From Shigella phage Tf, in the sequence record OR980947: a stretch of DNA of 64,000 nt; one strand, 5' to 3'. Under the pieces are notes generated by a model, which was not told the DNA's origin, ran no database searches, and saw only the letters and a program-made list of their open reading frames with translations. Shown one piece after another: positions 15,698-24,690 of the stretch (positions are counted from its first letter, which is position 1; every line of letters begins with the position of its first letter). Made by a program: the position numbers and the translations under genes.

Positions 15698-15855
15698 CCT
15701 AATAAGATTTAAAGCCAAGCTTCATTCGGATGTTGCTTTGGTATACCGCGTGTATTGTTGTACACATTGATAAAACACCTAGTAGGTGTCACGGAGAAGA
15801 GATAATATCAAGCTCTCCAAAGGTTCTAGTCACCGGATTAAACAAGACTATGCAA

Positions 15856-15876
15856 AGACCTAAATAGGTCTTTTTA
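15856..15876 (+). terminator. terminator-like hairpin inside tRNA cluster
   Basis: agacctaaataggtct + ttttt. Confidence 0.45.
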
Positions 15877-15954
15877 GAGGGCTTCTAAGGTTATTACAGC
15901 TTGTTGTGGAACCTTGTTGCTTAGGTTCTTAGAAGTTCTCTAAAAAGATTTAAT

Positions 15955-16029
15955 GGGAGATTGATGGTAATTGGTAAACCTATCTCGCTTAGAACGAGAT
16001 GTTTGAGGGTTCGAATCCCTTGTCTCCTA
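15955..16029 (+). tRNA. tRNA with Leu-type anticodon TAG but short variable region
   Basis: acceptor gggagat/gtctcct, anticodon stem tctcg/cgaga loop ctTAGaa, T-loop GGTTCGAATCC, A73, CCA encoded; only 5 nt between anticodon and T arms. Confidence 0.5.
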
Positions 16030-16039
16030 CCAAATTAAT

Positions 16040-16112
16040 GCAGGTGTAGCAAAATGGTTATGCGGCTGACTCTTAATCAGTAAGACGATGGGTTCAATTC
16101 CCTCCACCTGTA
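16040..16112 (+). tRNA. tRNA-Lys (anticodon CTT)
   Basis: paralogue of the TTT tRNA at 14806; anticodon stem ctga/tcag loop ctCTTaa; T-loop GGTTCAATTCC; CCA encoded. Confidence 0.6.
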
Positions 16113-16121
16113 CCAGACATT

Positions 16122-16194
16122 GGGGATGTAGTTTACATGGTTAAAACATAAGTTTTGCAAACTTAAGTACAGGGTTCAATTCCCTGCTTCTCCA
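16122..16194 (+). tRNA. tRNA-Ala (anticodon TGC)
   Basis: D-stem gttt/aaac, anticodon stem taagt/actta loop ttTGCaa, T-stem cagg/cctg, CCA encoded. Confidence 0.7.
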
Positions 16195-16203
16195 CCAATT
16201 AGT

Positions 16204-16275
16204 GCATCCATAGTTTAAACGGGAAAATTACAGTCTTCCAAACTGAGGTTGAGGGTTCGATTCCCTCTGGATGCT
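16204..16275 (+). tRNA. tRNA-Gly (anticodon TCC)
   Basis: perfect acceptor gcatcca/tggatgc, anticodon loop ctTCCaa, T-loop GGTTCGATTCC, CCA encoded. Confidence 0.75.
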
Positions 16276-16284
16276 CCAAACAAT

Positions 16285-16358
16285 GCTGCTTTCGTATAAT
16301 TGGCTATTACACATCCCTTGTAAGGATGGAAATGCAGGTTCGAGTCCTGTGAGCAGCA
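16285..16358 (+). tRNA. tRNA-Thr (anticodon TGT)
   Basis: acceptor gctgctt/gagcagc, anticodon stem catcc/ggatg loop ctTGTaa, T-loop GGTTCGAGTCC, CCA encoded. Confidence 0.75.
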
Positions 16359-16456
16359 CCAATTCAGAGGTCAAGTGAAAGACCGCTGGTGTCAACTGAA
16401 GACCGTAACAAATTCCACGGAGTTGAGTTAGCGGCACAACTTCAGACCTCTTTCAC

Positions 16457-16528
16457 ACTCGCTTAGTTTATATGGTAAAACATCACCCTTACAAGATGAA
16501 GAAAAAGGTTCAAGTCCTTTAGTGAGTA
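16457..16528 (+). tRNA. tRNA-Val (anticodon TAC)
   Basis: acceptor actcgct/agtgagt, anticodon loop ctTACaa, T-loop GGTTCAAGTCC, CCA encoded. Confidence 0.7.
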
Positions 16529-16532
16529 CCAT

Positions 16533-16607
16533 GTTCCAGTATCCCAATTGGCAGAGGATGCAAGCTCAAACCTTGTATTAGTGACGGTTCGAATCCGTCT
16601 TGGAACA
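16533..16607 (+). tRNA. tRNA with Leu-type anticodon CAA but short variable region
   Basis: acceptor gttccag/ttggaac, Leu-like D-loop aattggcaga, anticodon stem gcaag/cttgt loop ctCAAac, T-loop GGTTCGAATCC, A73, CCA encoded. Confidence 0.55.
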
Positions 16608-16629
16608 CCAATTTTAAGAGGCTATTTAG

Positions 16630-17187
16630 ATGAGATACTTAAAGTATGCTTCATGGATTTTCTTAGCTTTGTTAGAGCCATTCGCAGCAATCTTAGCAGT
16701 TATCTTAGCACCTTTTGTAGTTCCATTCTATAGTGAGAAGAAAGGACATCTACCTTTCGGATTCAGATGGATGGAGACATATGACAACCCAATTGATGGT
16801 GATGAAGGTCACGTTAAAAGATGGGCTAAGATTAGAAAGATTGGTAATCTTGGTGTCTATTTGCAGAGAGTTGGATGGCTCTGGAGAAACAAAGCTTATA
16901 ACTTCTCTTACCATGTGTTAGGAAGAGACGTAAAAGATGTTACTAAGTGGAAAGGTAATATCAACGTGAGTTCTGACCCTGAAGATAATCAGACAGGTTA
17001 TCTCCTAATGTGGAACAGTAATGCTTGGGGATTATTCGCTTTTGTCCCATCAATTAAAATCTTTGGTAAACAATTCTACTGGAGAATTTATGTTGGATGG
17101 AAACTAAAAAGTGTTGTCCCAGAAGAAAGAGCATTCTCAAGGGAAAGAGTTATGTTGGCATTCTTTATTCATCCACTGAGAAAGTAA
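16630..17187 (+). CDS. hypothetical membrane protein encoded inside the tRNA cluster
   Basis: ORF 185 aa; N-terminal hydrophobic segment (IFLALLEPFAAILAVILAPFVVPF); Trp/Tyr-rich. Confidence 0.45.
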   Translation: MRYLKYASWIFLALLEPFAAILAVILAPFVVPFYSEKKGHLPFGFRWMETYDNPIDGDEGHVKRWAKIRKIGNLGVYLQRVGWLWRNKAYNFSYHVLGRDVKDVTKWKGNINVSSDPEDNQTGYLLMWNSNAWGLFAFVPSIKIFGKQFYWRIYVGWKLKSVVPEERAFSRERVMLAFFIHPLRK

Positions 17188-17195
17188 AGATTTAA

Positions 17196-17268
17196 AGGGG
17201 ATTAGTTTACAAGGTTAAAACCTCGGTCTTTGAAATCGAAGAAGTTGGTTCAATTCCAACATCCCCCG
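17196..17268 (+). tRNA. tRNA-Gln (anticodon TTG)
   Basis: anticodon stem tcggt/atcga loop ctTTGaa, T-stem gttgg/ccaac, CCA encoded. Confidence 0.7.
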
Positions 17269-17273
17269 CCAAT

Positions 17274-17349
17274 GCTCCATTACTCCAATTGGCAGAGAGG
17301 CCAGACTTAAAATCTGTGTTATGTATCGGTTCGAATCCGATATGGAGTA
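17274..17349 (+). tRNA. tRNA with Leu-type anticodon TAA but short variable region
   Basis: paralogue of 16533-16607 (shared aattggcaga D-loop); anticodon stem caga/tctg loop ctTAAaa; T-loop GGTTCGAATCC; A73; CCA encoded. Confidence 0.5.
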
Positions 17350-17357
17350 CCAAATTT

Positions 17358-17430
17358 AGCGGTATAGCATAACTGGCAATGCAGCAGTCTCTGAAGCTGT
17401 CTTATTAAGGTTCAAATCCTTATGCCGCTG
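17358..17430 (+). tRNA. tRNA-Gln (anticodon CTG)
   Basis: D-stem gcat/atgc, anticodon stem gcagt/gctgt loop ctCTGaa, T-loop GGTTCAAATCC, CCA encoded. Confidence 0.7.
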
Positions 17431-17434
17431 CCAC

Positions 17435-17464
17435 TTCTAAGGGTTCTTACGAGAGTCTTTAAAT
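17435..17464 (+). promoter_or_regulatory. conserved motif cttctaagGGTTCTTACGAGagTCTTTAAAtg (copy 3)
   Basis: just upstream of tRNA-His. Confidence 0.35.
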
Positions 17465-17537
17465 GTGGCCTTATCATAAATGGTAATGACCCATGCTGTG
17501 AACATGGTCTATACGGGTTCAAATCCCGTAGGTCACC
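17465..17537 (+). tRNA. tRNA-His (anticodon GTG)
   Basis: D-stem tcat/atga, anticodon stem ccatg/catgg loop ctGTGaa, T-loop GGTTCAAATCC, C73, CCA encoded. Confidence 0.75.
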
Positions 17538-17545
17538 CCAATTTA

Positions 17546-17620
17546 TAGTCCAAGTAGCTTATATGGTTAAAGCGCGTGTCTGAAAAACATGAGAAGAGGG
17601 TTCAAATCCCACTGGACTAC
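17546..17620 (+). tRNA. tRNA-Phe (anticodon GAA)
   Basis: perfect acceptor tagtcca/tggacta, anticodon stem cgtgt/acatg loop ctGAAaa, T-loop GGTTCAAATCC; D region slightly irregular. Confidence 0.6.
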
Positions 17621-17638
17621 CAATTTCAAAGGTGCTTA

Positions 17639-18373
17639 ATGAAAGAGATGACAGGACAAGGTAAGGAGATTTTTAATCTCTTAAAAACCGGTAAAGGGTT
17701 CTCTAACCCGCTTATTACTGGTGCAGCAGTTCTCGGTGGAACCGTAGCTGCTTCTACATCACTTGTAAGCTCTATTAGTTCTGTAACAGACCCTACAATG
17801 AAGGAGAAACTTGTTGCTGCTGGACTTACAACAGCCCTTCTAAACAGCTTTACAACAAGCCTGACAAGTACTACAGCAACTACTAAGACCCTAACAGACT
17901 ATGGTCAAAAGTCTATTGATGAGTTTTCATCACGTATGCAGGTAGCAAAGGGATACTCCAATGTTATGGGTGCAGCAGGAGAACAAGTTGGTTGTACACC
18001 ATTCAGTGGTATCATGGGTGTTGCTACAGAGTATGGTCAAAAAGCTATTGACATGATGAACAGTGCACTAGATAGTGTTAACGATGTATTAAGTGACTTA
18101 CAAGACGCTATTGACAAGGGTCTTGATACTGTTTCTGATTTAGCTAACCAAGCTGTCAGTAAGATTAATGAAGGTATCTCGAAGATTACAGCTTATGCAG
18201 ATGAAGTTGTGCAGATGATTGAAGAAGAAGCTGCCCTTATTGCAGAGTACCTTAAAACGAATATCAATGGGTTCTTAGCAGGTATCTTACCAGACTGGTT
18301 TGATGATGCTTGTAAAACTGGTGTAATTGACACTATTGCAACACCAGAAATGAAGAACGCATTACAGAAATAA
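17639..18373 (+). CDS. hypothetical protein, Ser/Thr/Ala-rich (start trimmed to avoid tRNA-Phe)
   Basis: ORF-track ORF 17576-18373 overlaps tRNA-Phe; in-frame ATG at 17639 preceded by aaaggtg. Confidence 0.5.
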   Translation: MKEMTGQGKEIFNLLKTGKGFSNPLITGAAVLGGTVAASTSLVSSISSVTDPTMKEKLVAAGLTTALLNSFTTSLTSTTATTKTLTDYGQKSIDEFSSRMQVAKGYSNVMGAAGEQVGCTPFSGIMGVATEYGQKAIDMMNSALDSVNDVLSDLQDAIDKGLDTVSDLANQAVSKINEGISKITAYADEVVQMIEEEAALIAEYLKTNINGFLAGILPDWFDDACKTGVIDTIATPEMKNALQK

Positions 18374-18375
18374 AT

Positions 18376-18465
18376 GGAAGATTAACCCTAAAAGGTAAGG
18401 GAGCAGTTTGCTAAACTGCCAGTAGCTGAGAAATCGGTGTACCAGTTCAAGTCTGGTATCTTCCT
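18376..18465 (+). tRNA. tRNA-Ser (anticodon GCT), long variable arm
   Basis: 90 nt; acceptor ggaagat/atcttcc, anticodon stem gcagt/actgc loop ttGCTaa, long variable arm, T-arm accag-TTCAAGT-ctggt, CCA encoded. Confidence 0.7.
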
Positions 18466-18472
18466 CCAATTT

Positions 18473-18545
18473 GAATCCGTGACAGAAACGGCTATGTGCC
18501 TGTCTGCAAAACAGGTTTATAAGGGTTCGAGTCCCTTCGGATTCT
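18473..18545 (+). tRNA. tRNA-Cys (anticodon GCA)
   Basis: acceptor gaatccg/cggattc, anticodon stem cctgt/acagg loop ctGCAaa, T-arm aaggg-TTCGAGT-ccctt, CCA encoded. Confidence 0.7.
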
Positions 18546-18593
18546 CCAAGTTATTTTACTCTCTCTCAATTAAAATAATAATAATGCCCTGCT

Positions 18594-18655
18594 ATAAGTA
18601 TTCTTCCTTTCGCTACCGAAGAGTATTTTTAGACAGGGCTTTTTTACAGAGTTAT
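18594..18655 (+). terminator. terminator ending the tRNA cluster
   Basis: long hairpin gccctg...cagggc followed by ttttttac, directly after tRNA-Cys. Confidence 0.5.
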
Positions 18656-18770
18656 ACTTTATAGGAAGACTTATACAGTATGTCTCTGACGTACATTGTG
18701 GTTTCTCCTTGACGGTCTCTGTGCCGTCTTTTTTAAGGGGAAACAGTATTAATTATTTGGAGAAAACATA

Positions 18771-18971
18771 ATGAGTGAGAACGTTTATAAAGAACTTTAT
18801 GAAGCTAACAAGAAGTTAGAGTTTATGCAGAATACTATCATGGCAATTGCAGACAGATTATCTGTAGCAACAGGTATTGATATTAAAGAAGCATCTATGG
18901 ATGCACTTCTTGATGCTGTTGATGCAAAGTTCGAAGTTAAGAAAGAAGAGACTGCTACAGACTCTGAATAA
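18771..18971 (+). CDS. hypothetical small protein upstream of terminase (66 aa)
   Basis: ORF with GGAGAA RBS; position immediately before terL. Confidence 0.4.
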   Translation: MSENVYKELYEANKKLEFMQNTIMAIADRLSVATGIDIKEASMDALLDAVDAKFEVKKEETATDSE

Positions 18972-18977
18972 TTCTAT

Positions 18978-20594
18978 TTGCGGAGGTGCTTAATGGACTT
19001 AAATGCTATTAAGCAGAAGCGAGTGGAAGATGTTAGGAAAGTCCTAGCTGGAGAGTTGGGGCTTTCTGATGAAGTAAAAGAAATTATTAAATCATTCGGT
19101 AAAGACCCCTCTAAATTCCTTCCAACTCAAATTCTGACTTTATTAAGATACACACCAGACCAAGTTCGCCTCATCTTTAAATTGATGACTGATAAGAACT
19201 ATGTAGCCCCTCAACCGGGTTCTCAAGAGGTCTTTTTAAATACTAATGCTGACTTGGTTCTCTATGGTGGTGCTGCTGGTGCTGGTAAGACTGCCGCATT
19301 GTTAATGGACTCTTTAAGATTTATTGAAGACCCTAACTATAATGCTGTATATTTCCGTCGAAATACAACACAGTTACAAGGTGGTTTATGGCCTGCTGCA
19401 AAGAAACTATTTGGTAAGTTTGGTGGGGTTCCTCACGAGCAGAAGATGACTATCACATTCCCTTCTGGGGCAACTATCAAGTTTACCTACCTAGAACTTG
19501 AAAAGCACGCTGAAGGTCATCAGGGTATTGAATACTCAGCTATCTACTTTGACGAAGGTACACACTTCTCTGCTTCACAGATTTCATACCTACAAACCCG
19601 TCTGCGTTCTGGTGCTGAAGGTGATTCATACATGAAGATTTCTATGAACCCAGATAGAGACCACTTTATTTACGATTGGGTAGAACCATTCTTAGATGAA
19701 GAAGGTTACCCAGACCCTGAAAAGTGTGGTCGTATTCGTTGGTATGTTATGAATGATGGTGTGATGGTTTCTGATTGGGAGAGAGACAAGATTCTTGAAA
19801 TGTTCCCTCTTGAGATTCCTCAGACATACACCTTCATCTCTGGTACGATTGATGATAACCCAATTCTTGACTTCTTAGAACCTAAATATCGTGGTAAGTT
19901 GGAAAACAACACACCTGTAAACGTTGCAAGACTTCGTTTCGGTAACTGGAAGGCTCGCGCAGAAGGTTCAAACTATTGGCAAAGACAATGGTGTGAGATT
20001 GTTGATTCACTCCCAGAAGATGTGTTTGATGTCAGAGCATGGGACTTAGCAGCAACTTTACCATCTGAGGTTAACCCTAATCCAGACTGGACAGCAGGTG
20101 TTAAGATGGGTAAATCTAAAAAAGACGGTTGCTATTATATCATTGATGTAGTAAGATTTAGAGATAGACCCTCTGGAGTCGAAACACAAATTAATTTGAC
20201 TGCTGAAAGTGACGGTAAGCGAACTGGTATTTTTATCCCTCAAGACCCAGGCGCTGCTGGTAAATCCTACGCGACATCCCTCATCAGGAAACTTGCCGAG
20301 AAAGGCTATCGTGCAAGAGCTAAACCAACAAATAAAGACAAAGTTACCCGCTTTGCGGGATTTTCTGCTGCTTCTGAGGCTGGACTTGTAAAAGTCTTGA
20401 GAGGTAGTTGGAATGAAGCTTACTTTCAAGAACTTGAAGGCTTTTGTGGTGACGGTAAAACTAAAGATGACCAAGTGGATGCTACCAGTGATGCTTTCAA
20501 CAGTCTTAACGAAGTTAAATTATTCAAGCCACCATCAATGGGTGCTCACACAGACTTAGTGAGAGGAAACCCATATGAGGGGCTTAGACGTTGA
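18978..20594 (+). CDS. terL: terminase large subunit
   Basis: Walker A-like LYGGAAGAGKTAAL, size 538 aa, followed by portal-sized gene. Confidence 0.85.
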   Translation: MRRCLMDLNAIKQKRVEDVRKVLAGELGLSDEVKEIIKSFGKDPSKFLPTQILTLLRYTPDQVRLIFKLMTDKNYVAPQPGSQEVFLNTNADLVLYGGAAGAGKTAALLMDSLRFIEDPNYNAVYFRRNTTQLQGGLWPAAKKLFGKFGGVPHEQKMTITFPSGATIKFTYLELEKHAEGHQGIEYSAIYFDEGTHFSASQISYLQTRLRSGAEGDSYMKISMNPDRDHFIYDWVEPFLDEEGYPDPEKCGRIRWYVMNDGVMVSDWERDKILEMFPLEIPQTYTFISGTIDDNPILDFLEPKYRGKLENNTPVNVARLRFGNWKARAEGSNYWQRQWCEIVDSLPEDVFDVRAWDLAATLPSEVNPNPDWTAGVKMGKSKKDGCYYIIDVVRFRDRPSGVETQINLTAESDGKRTGIFIPQDPGAAGKSYATSLIRKLAEKGYRARAKPTNKDKVTRFAGFSAASEAGLVKVLRGSWNEAYFQELEGFCGDGKTKDDQVDATSDAFNSLNEVKLFKPPSMGAHTDLVRGNPYEGLRR

Positions 20595-20611
20595 TAGCTA
20601 GGTGAAGAAGA

Positions 20612-22078
20612 ATGGCAGATATTACAGAAACACAAGAAAGCTTACCACCATTTAGAATGGGTGAAGTAGGTTCTTTGGGTCTGAAGGTTAAGAATGGTAG
20701 AATCTATGAAGAACCTCGTCAGGCACTAAGGTTCCCTGAAAGTATTAAAACTTTCCAATTAATGATGCGTGACCCTGCTGTAGCAGCATCTGTAAATATT
20801 ATTAAGATGTTTGTCAGAAAAGTCAACTGGAGATTCGTACCTCCAAAGGGAAAAGAGCAAGACCCTAAAATGCTTGAAAGAGCAGACTTCTTTAATTCTT
20901 TAATGGATGACATGGAGCATGATTGGTCAGATTTTATTAACTCTGTAATGTCATTCTGCACTTATGGGTTCTGTGTTAACGAAAAGGTTTATAAGAAACG
21001 TCATGGTAAAAAAGGAAAGTACCAGTCAAAATTTGATGATGGTCTAATTGGGTGGGCTAAATTACCAATCAGAAACCAGTCAACACTTGATAAGTGGTAT
21101 TTTGACGAAGACTTTAGAAAAGTTACTGGTGTTAGACAGAATCTGAGAAATGTTTCACATATTGCTGGAGCAATTAATCTTGGAGAAAGACCTCTAACAA
21201 GAAAACTTCCACGAGCTAAATTCATGCTATTTAAGTATGATGATGAATATGGAAACCCAGAAGGTCGTTCACCATTACTTAATGCTTATGTACCGTGGAA
21301 ATATAAAGTACAGATTGAAGAGTATGAAGCTGTTGGTGTTTCAAGAGACTTAGTAGGTATGCCAAAGATTGGTTTACCACCAGACTATCTGGATGAAAAT
21401 GCAGAGCCTGAAAAGAAAGCTTTCGTACAATACTGCAAAACTGTTGTTAATGACATGATTGCTAATGACAGAGCAGGTTTAATCTGGCCTAGATATATCG
21501 ACCCAGAAACTAAAGAGGATATTTTCGAGTTCTCATTAGTTTCTAGACAGGGTGCTAAAGCATATGACACAGGCTCTATTATTGACAGATATTCCAAGCA
21601 AATTATGATGGCATTTATGTCAGATGTTCTTGCTATGGGTCAGTCAAAATACGGTTCATTCTCTCTTGCAGATTCTAAGACAAGCTTATTAGCAATGTCA
21701 GTAGATATTCTGCTGAAGCAAATTAAGAACGTAATTAACCGTGATTTAGTTGCACAGACTTATGCTCTTAATATGTGGGATGATGAAGAACATGTACAAA
21801 TCACATATGATGATATCGAAACTCCAGACCTTGAAGCAATTGGTTCTTATATTCAGAAGACTGTTGCAGTAGGTGCTTTGGAAGTTGACAAAGAGCTATC
21901 TAACAAGCTTAGAGAGCATATTGGTCTTCCTCCTGCTGATGAGTCTCAGCCAGTATCTGAAAAGCTTTCTCCAAATAGTCAAAGCCGCTCAGGAGATGGT
22001 TATAAGACCGCTGGAGAAGGTACTGCAAAGACACCTTCAGCGAAAGACCCAAGCACAGCAAATAAGGCAAATAAATAA
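20612..22078 (+). CDS. portal protein (putative)
   Basis: 488 aa ORF directly downstream of terL; call rests on size and synteny. Confidence 0.6.
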   Translation: MADITETQESLPPFRMGEVGSLGLKVKNGRIYEEPRQALRFPESIKTFQLMMRDPAVAASVNIIKMFVRKVNWRFVPPKGKEQDPKMLERADFFNSLMDDMEHDWSDFINSVMSFCTYGFCVNEKVYKKRHGKKGKYQSKFDDGLIGWAKLPIRNQSTLDKWYFDEDFRKVTGVRQNLRNVSHIAGAINLGERPLTRKLPRAKFMLFKYDDEYGNPEGRSPLLNAYVPWKYKVQIEEYEAVGVSRDLVGMPKIGLPPDYLDENAEPEKKAFVQYCKTVVNDMIANDRAGLIWPRYIDPETKEDIFEFSLVSRQGAKAYDTGSIIDRYSKQIMMAFMSDVLAMGQSKYGSFSLADSKTSLLAMSVDILLKQIKNVINRDLVAQTYALNMWDDEEHVQITYDDIETPDLEAIGSYIQKTVAVGALEVDKELSNKLREHIGLPPADESQPVSEKLSPNSQSRSGDGYKTAGEGTAKTPSAKDPSTANKANK

Positions 22079-22578
22079 TGGCTGAAGTTATCTCTATTTC
22101 AAATGCTACACGAGTGCATTCGTATAGGGGTGTTCTTATTATCACTGACAAATTATCTGTAGAGGCTGGCTCAAGGGTCAGCCTTTCAGGTTATGTAAGT
22201 GATGGTGGAATCTCTGACGTTTTCACTATTTGTAGGTTACTTGATGCACCAATGAGTGGAAAACCGTTTATTTCAGGAAATTGTAGTGAAATTGTTAAAA
22301 TTCCATTTGACAGTTCATGCCTTTTGGGTGTAAAGTTATATAACTGCGAGAATAAACGTATCAATGTTAATAGCATTGAAGCCGCTTTCATTACCCTCGA
22401 CACTGCATTTCAATCCCCAATGACAGTTAACAAAGAAACAAACAGACTTGAATACATTTTTTCACAAAATGATTACAAAGTACTTGTCAAAGGTAAAGTA
22501 TATGATATGATTGTAAATGTGGTAGATGAATCTGGTAACCATTCAACAGTCCTTAAACAAAAAGTAAGGTTTAATTAA
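22078..22578 (+). CDS. hypothetical head-module protein
   Basis: ORF with stop/start overlap to portal gene. Confidence 0.45.
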   Translation: MAEVISISNATRVHSYRGVLIITDKLSVEAGSRVSLSGYVSDGGISDVFTICRLLDAPMSGKPFISGNCSEIVKIPFDSSCLLGVKLYNCENKRINVNSIEAAFITLDTAFQSPMTVNKETNRLEYIFSQNDYKVLVKGKVYDMIVNVVDESGNHSTVLKQKVRFN

Positions 22579-22910
22579 TGGGAACATTAACTATTGATGG
22601 TAAGAATAAAATCCTCGCCACGCTAACCCCAACGACTATTATTTTACACAATGTAGACCCAACGGCAGACCCTACAGCAAATAAGGTTACTCAGCCAGTG
22701 GCTATTTATTTTTCTGAACCGGATAATGGCTTACTTGCCTCAGAAGATACAGTTAATATTACTGTTCCAGCTTCTGCAACGGTCTCACACTATAGCTTGT
22801 GGGATGCTAACGGTAAATGCGTGGCAACTGGTGCTCTTAGCAAACCTCAATTCTTCGCTGAAGAAGGTATCTATGTTATCTCTTCAGTCTCTGTAGATTT
22901 AAACAAATAG
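22578..22910 (+). CDS. hypothetical head-module protein
   Basis: ORF in operon context. Confidence 0.45.
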   Translation: MGTLTIDGKNKILATLTPTTIILHNVDPTADPTANKVTQPVAIYFSEPDNGLLASEDTVNITVPASATVSHYSLWDANGKCVATGALSKPQFFAEEGIYVISSVSVDLNK

Positions 22911-22921
22911 GGTGAGTAAAA

Positions 22922-24268
22922 ATGAGTTCGAATATCTTCAGACTTGCTGATAGATTATTCAACCAACCTTTACTAGCCACTGAATCATTAGCTCACTCAG
23001 CAGCAACTTATGTGAATAACAGATTGCTGGGTGATGTCCAAGCAGCAGTAAACTTTGATAAACCCAAAGGTGAAGCAAGAAGTCTTTTAAAAGTGAAAGA
23101 TGACATTGCTATTATCCCTATTATGGGTGGTTTAACCCATCGTATGACATTCATTGATGCAATGTGTACAGGTGGATTAAGCTCTTATGAAGGTTTGCGT
23201 AGAGGCTTTGACGAAGCTTTAGCAGATGAGTCAATCAAGACTATTGTTCTGCATATTGATTCTGGTGGTGGTGAAGCTTCAGGTTGCTTTGAATTAGCAC
23301 GTCACATTATGGCTTCAAGAGGCCAAAAGAAAATTATTGCTTATGTAGATGAGTTCGCTTGTTCCGCTGCATACGCTCTTGCATCTTCTGCTGAAGAAAT
23401 TATTGCATCACCAGATGCAGATGTTGGTTCTATTGGTGTAATTATGGTTCATCAGGAATTAACTAAGGCATTTGAAAAGAATGGCGTAACAATTAACGTC
23501 ATCAAAGCTGGTGAGTTTAAAGGTATGGGTTCACCATTCCAAGCACTCTCAGAAGAAAGCAAAGAAAGACTTCAAAAGAGAATTAATGATACCTACGCAA
23601 CCTTTACAGGTTTTGTAGCCGAATCTCGTAATCTCTCTGAAGAAGCTGTAAAGAATACTGAGGCGAATGTTTATTCTGCTCAGGAAGCTCTTGAACTTGG
23701 TTTAATTAACTCAATCATGTCTCAAGATGATTTCTTAAATTACTTACAAGGTTCTGAAGAGGCTCCTGTAAGTTTAAACGTTAACAATTCAGGTGAAGAA
23801 ATGACTGAACAAGAAAAGCAAGAACTAGAAGCTTTGCGTCTTCAGGTTGCTCAAATGAAAGCTAAAGAACAGGAAGCTGCTTTGTCAGATTTGACTAATA
23901 AGATTTCTGCTTCTGCTGAAGCTTTTGGATTTGATGCAAAAGAATCTGCAACGACTATTTTAGGTGCTGGTCTTGATAACCCTCTGAGTGTTCTGTTTAT
24001 GAATGCTATGGAAGGTGCTAACCAGAAACTTAATGAAACTATCGCGTCCCATGCTTCTGCAATGGAAGAAAAAGAATCAGAAATTACCAAGCTGAAAGAA
24101 ACTGCTGGTGCTGTTCTTGAACATTCCAACGCTATGGAAGAAGTGGGTAATGACGGCGAAGCTGATTTGGTTGAAGAAGAAAAAGAACCAGCTAAGAATG
24201 CTTCCGAAGACACCGCTGAACAACGCAAACTGGCTCTCCAGAATGCTCTAAAATCTCTTATCAAATAA
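22922..24268 (+). CDS. prohead protease / scaffold fusion (S49/ClpP-like, lambda gpC-Nu3-like)
   Basis: peptidase-like region (GGGEASGCF...SAAYALAS) followed by Glu/Ala/Lys-rich coiled-coil C-terminus; sits between portal and capsid genes. Confidence 0.55.
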   Translation: MSSNIFRLADRLFNQPLLATESLAHSAATYVNNRLLGDVQAAVNFDKPKGEARSLLKVKDDIAIIPIMGGLTHRMTFIDAMCTGGLSSYEGLRRGFDEALADESIKTIVLHIDSGGGEASGCFELARHIMASRGQKKIIAYVDEFACSAAYALASSAEEIIASPDADVGSIGVIMVHQELTKAFEKNGVTINVIKAGEFKGMGSPFQALSEESKERLQKRINDTYATFTGFVAESRNLSEEAVKNTEANVYSAQEALELGLINSIMSQDDFLNYLQGSEEAPVSLNVNNSGEEMTEQEKQELEALRLQVAQMKAKEQEAALSDLTNKISASAEAFGFDAKESATTILGAGLDNPLSVLFMNAMEGANQKLNETIASHASAMEEKESEITKLKETAGAVLEHSNAMEEVGNDGEADLVEEEKEPAKNASEDTAEQRKLALQNALKSLIK

Positions 24269-24279
24269 GGAACACAATA

Positions 24280-24657
24280 ATGGCATATCAAGGTTTTACT
24301 AAGTTAGGTAACAGAGAACCTCTGAATGATATCATTCTTTGGGAACAGATTACCCCAACAGGCCACTCTCGCAAAGAGTACACTCCGGTTGCTTCAACAG
24401 AATACCGTGTAGGTGAAGTTCTGAAAGCAGATGGTACTAAGGTTACAGCAGGGCAAGAAGCTCAGGCTGACTCTGTATGTATCGTTAACTTTTATGCAGA
24501 CTCACAACTGTCTTATCACGGTCAGTTGAAAGTGGTAGGTATCTACCGCGATGCAGAACTGAAAGACATGCTGACTCTTGAATCAAGCGTTAATGCTGAT
24601 GAAGTCAAGAAGGCTCTGGCTGCTAAAGGTATTGATTTCGTACCAACTGGCCTGTAA
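24280..24657 (+). CDS. head decoration protein (lambda gpD-like, putative)
   Basis: 125 aa ORF immediately upstream of major capsid gene; synteny only. Confidence 0.4.
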   Translation: MAYQGFTKLGNREPLNDIILWEQITPTGHSRKEYTPVASTEYRVGEVLKADGTKVTAGQEAQADSVCIVNFYADSQLSYHGQLKVVGIYRDAELKDMLTLESSVNADEVKKALAAKGIDFVPTGL

Positions 24658-24690
24658 TAACAATAATAAGACATTCTGGAGAATTTTACA

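Noticed and set aside
13782-16733. Several ORF-track ORFs of 60-100 aa inside the tRNA cluster (e.g. 13782-14033, 14523-14753, 14839-15144, 15422-15625, 16228-16437, 16548-16733, and 18437-18664 further on)
   Set aside because: They coincide with or run antisense to tRNA genes and structured RNA elements, lack ribosome-binding sites and have odd composition; treated as chance ORFs.
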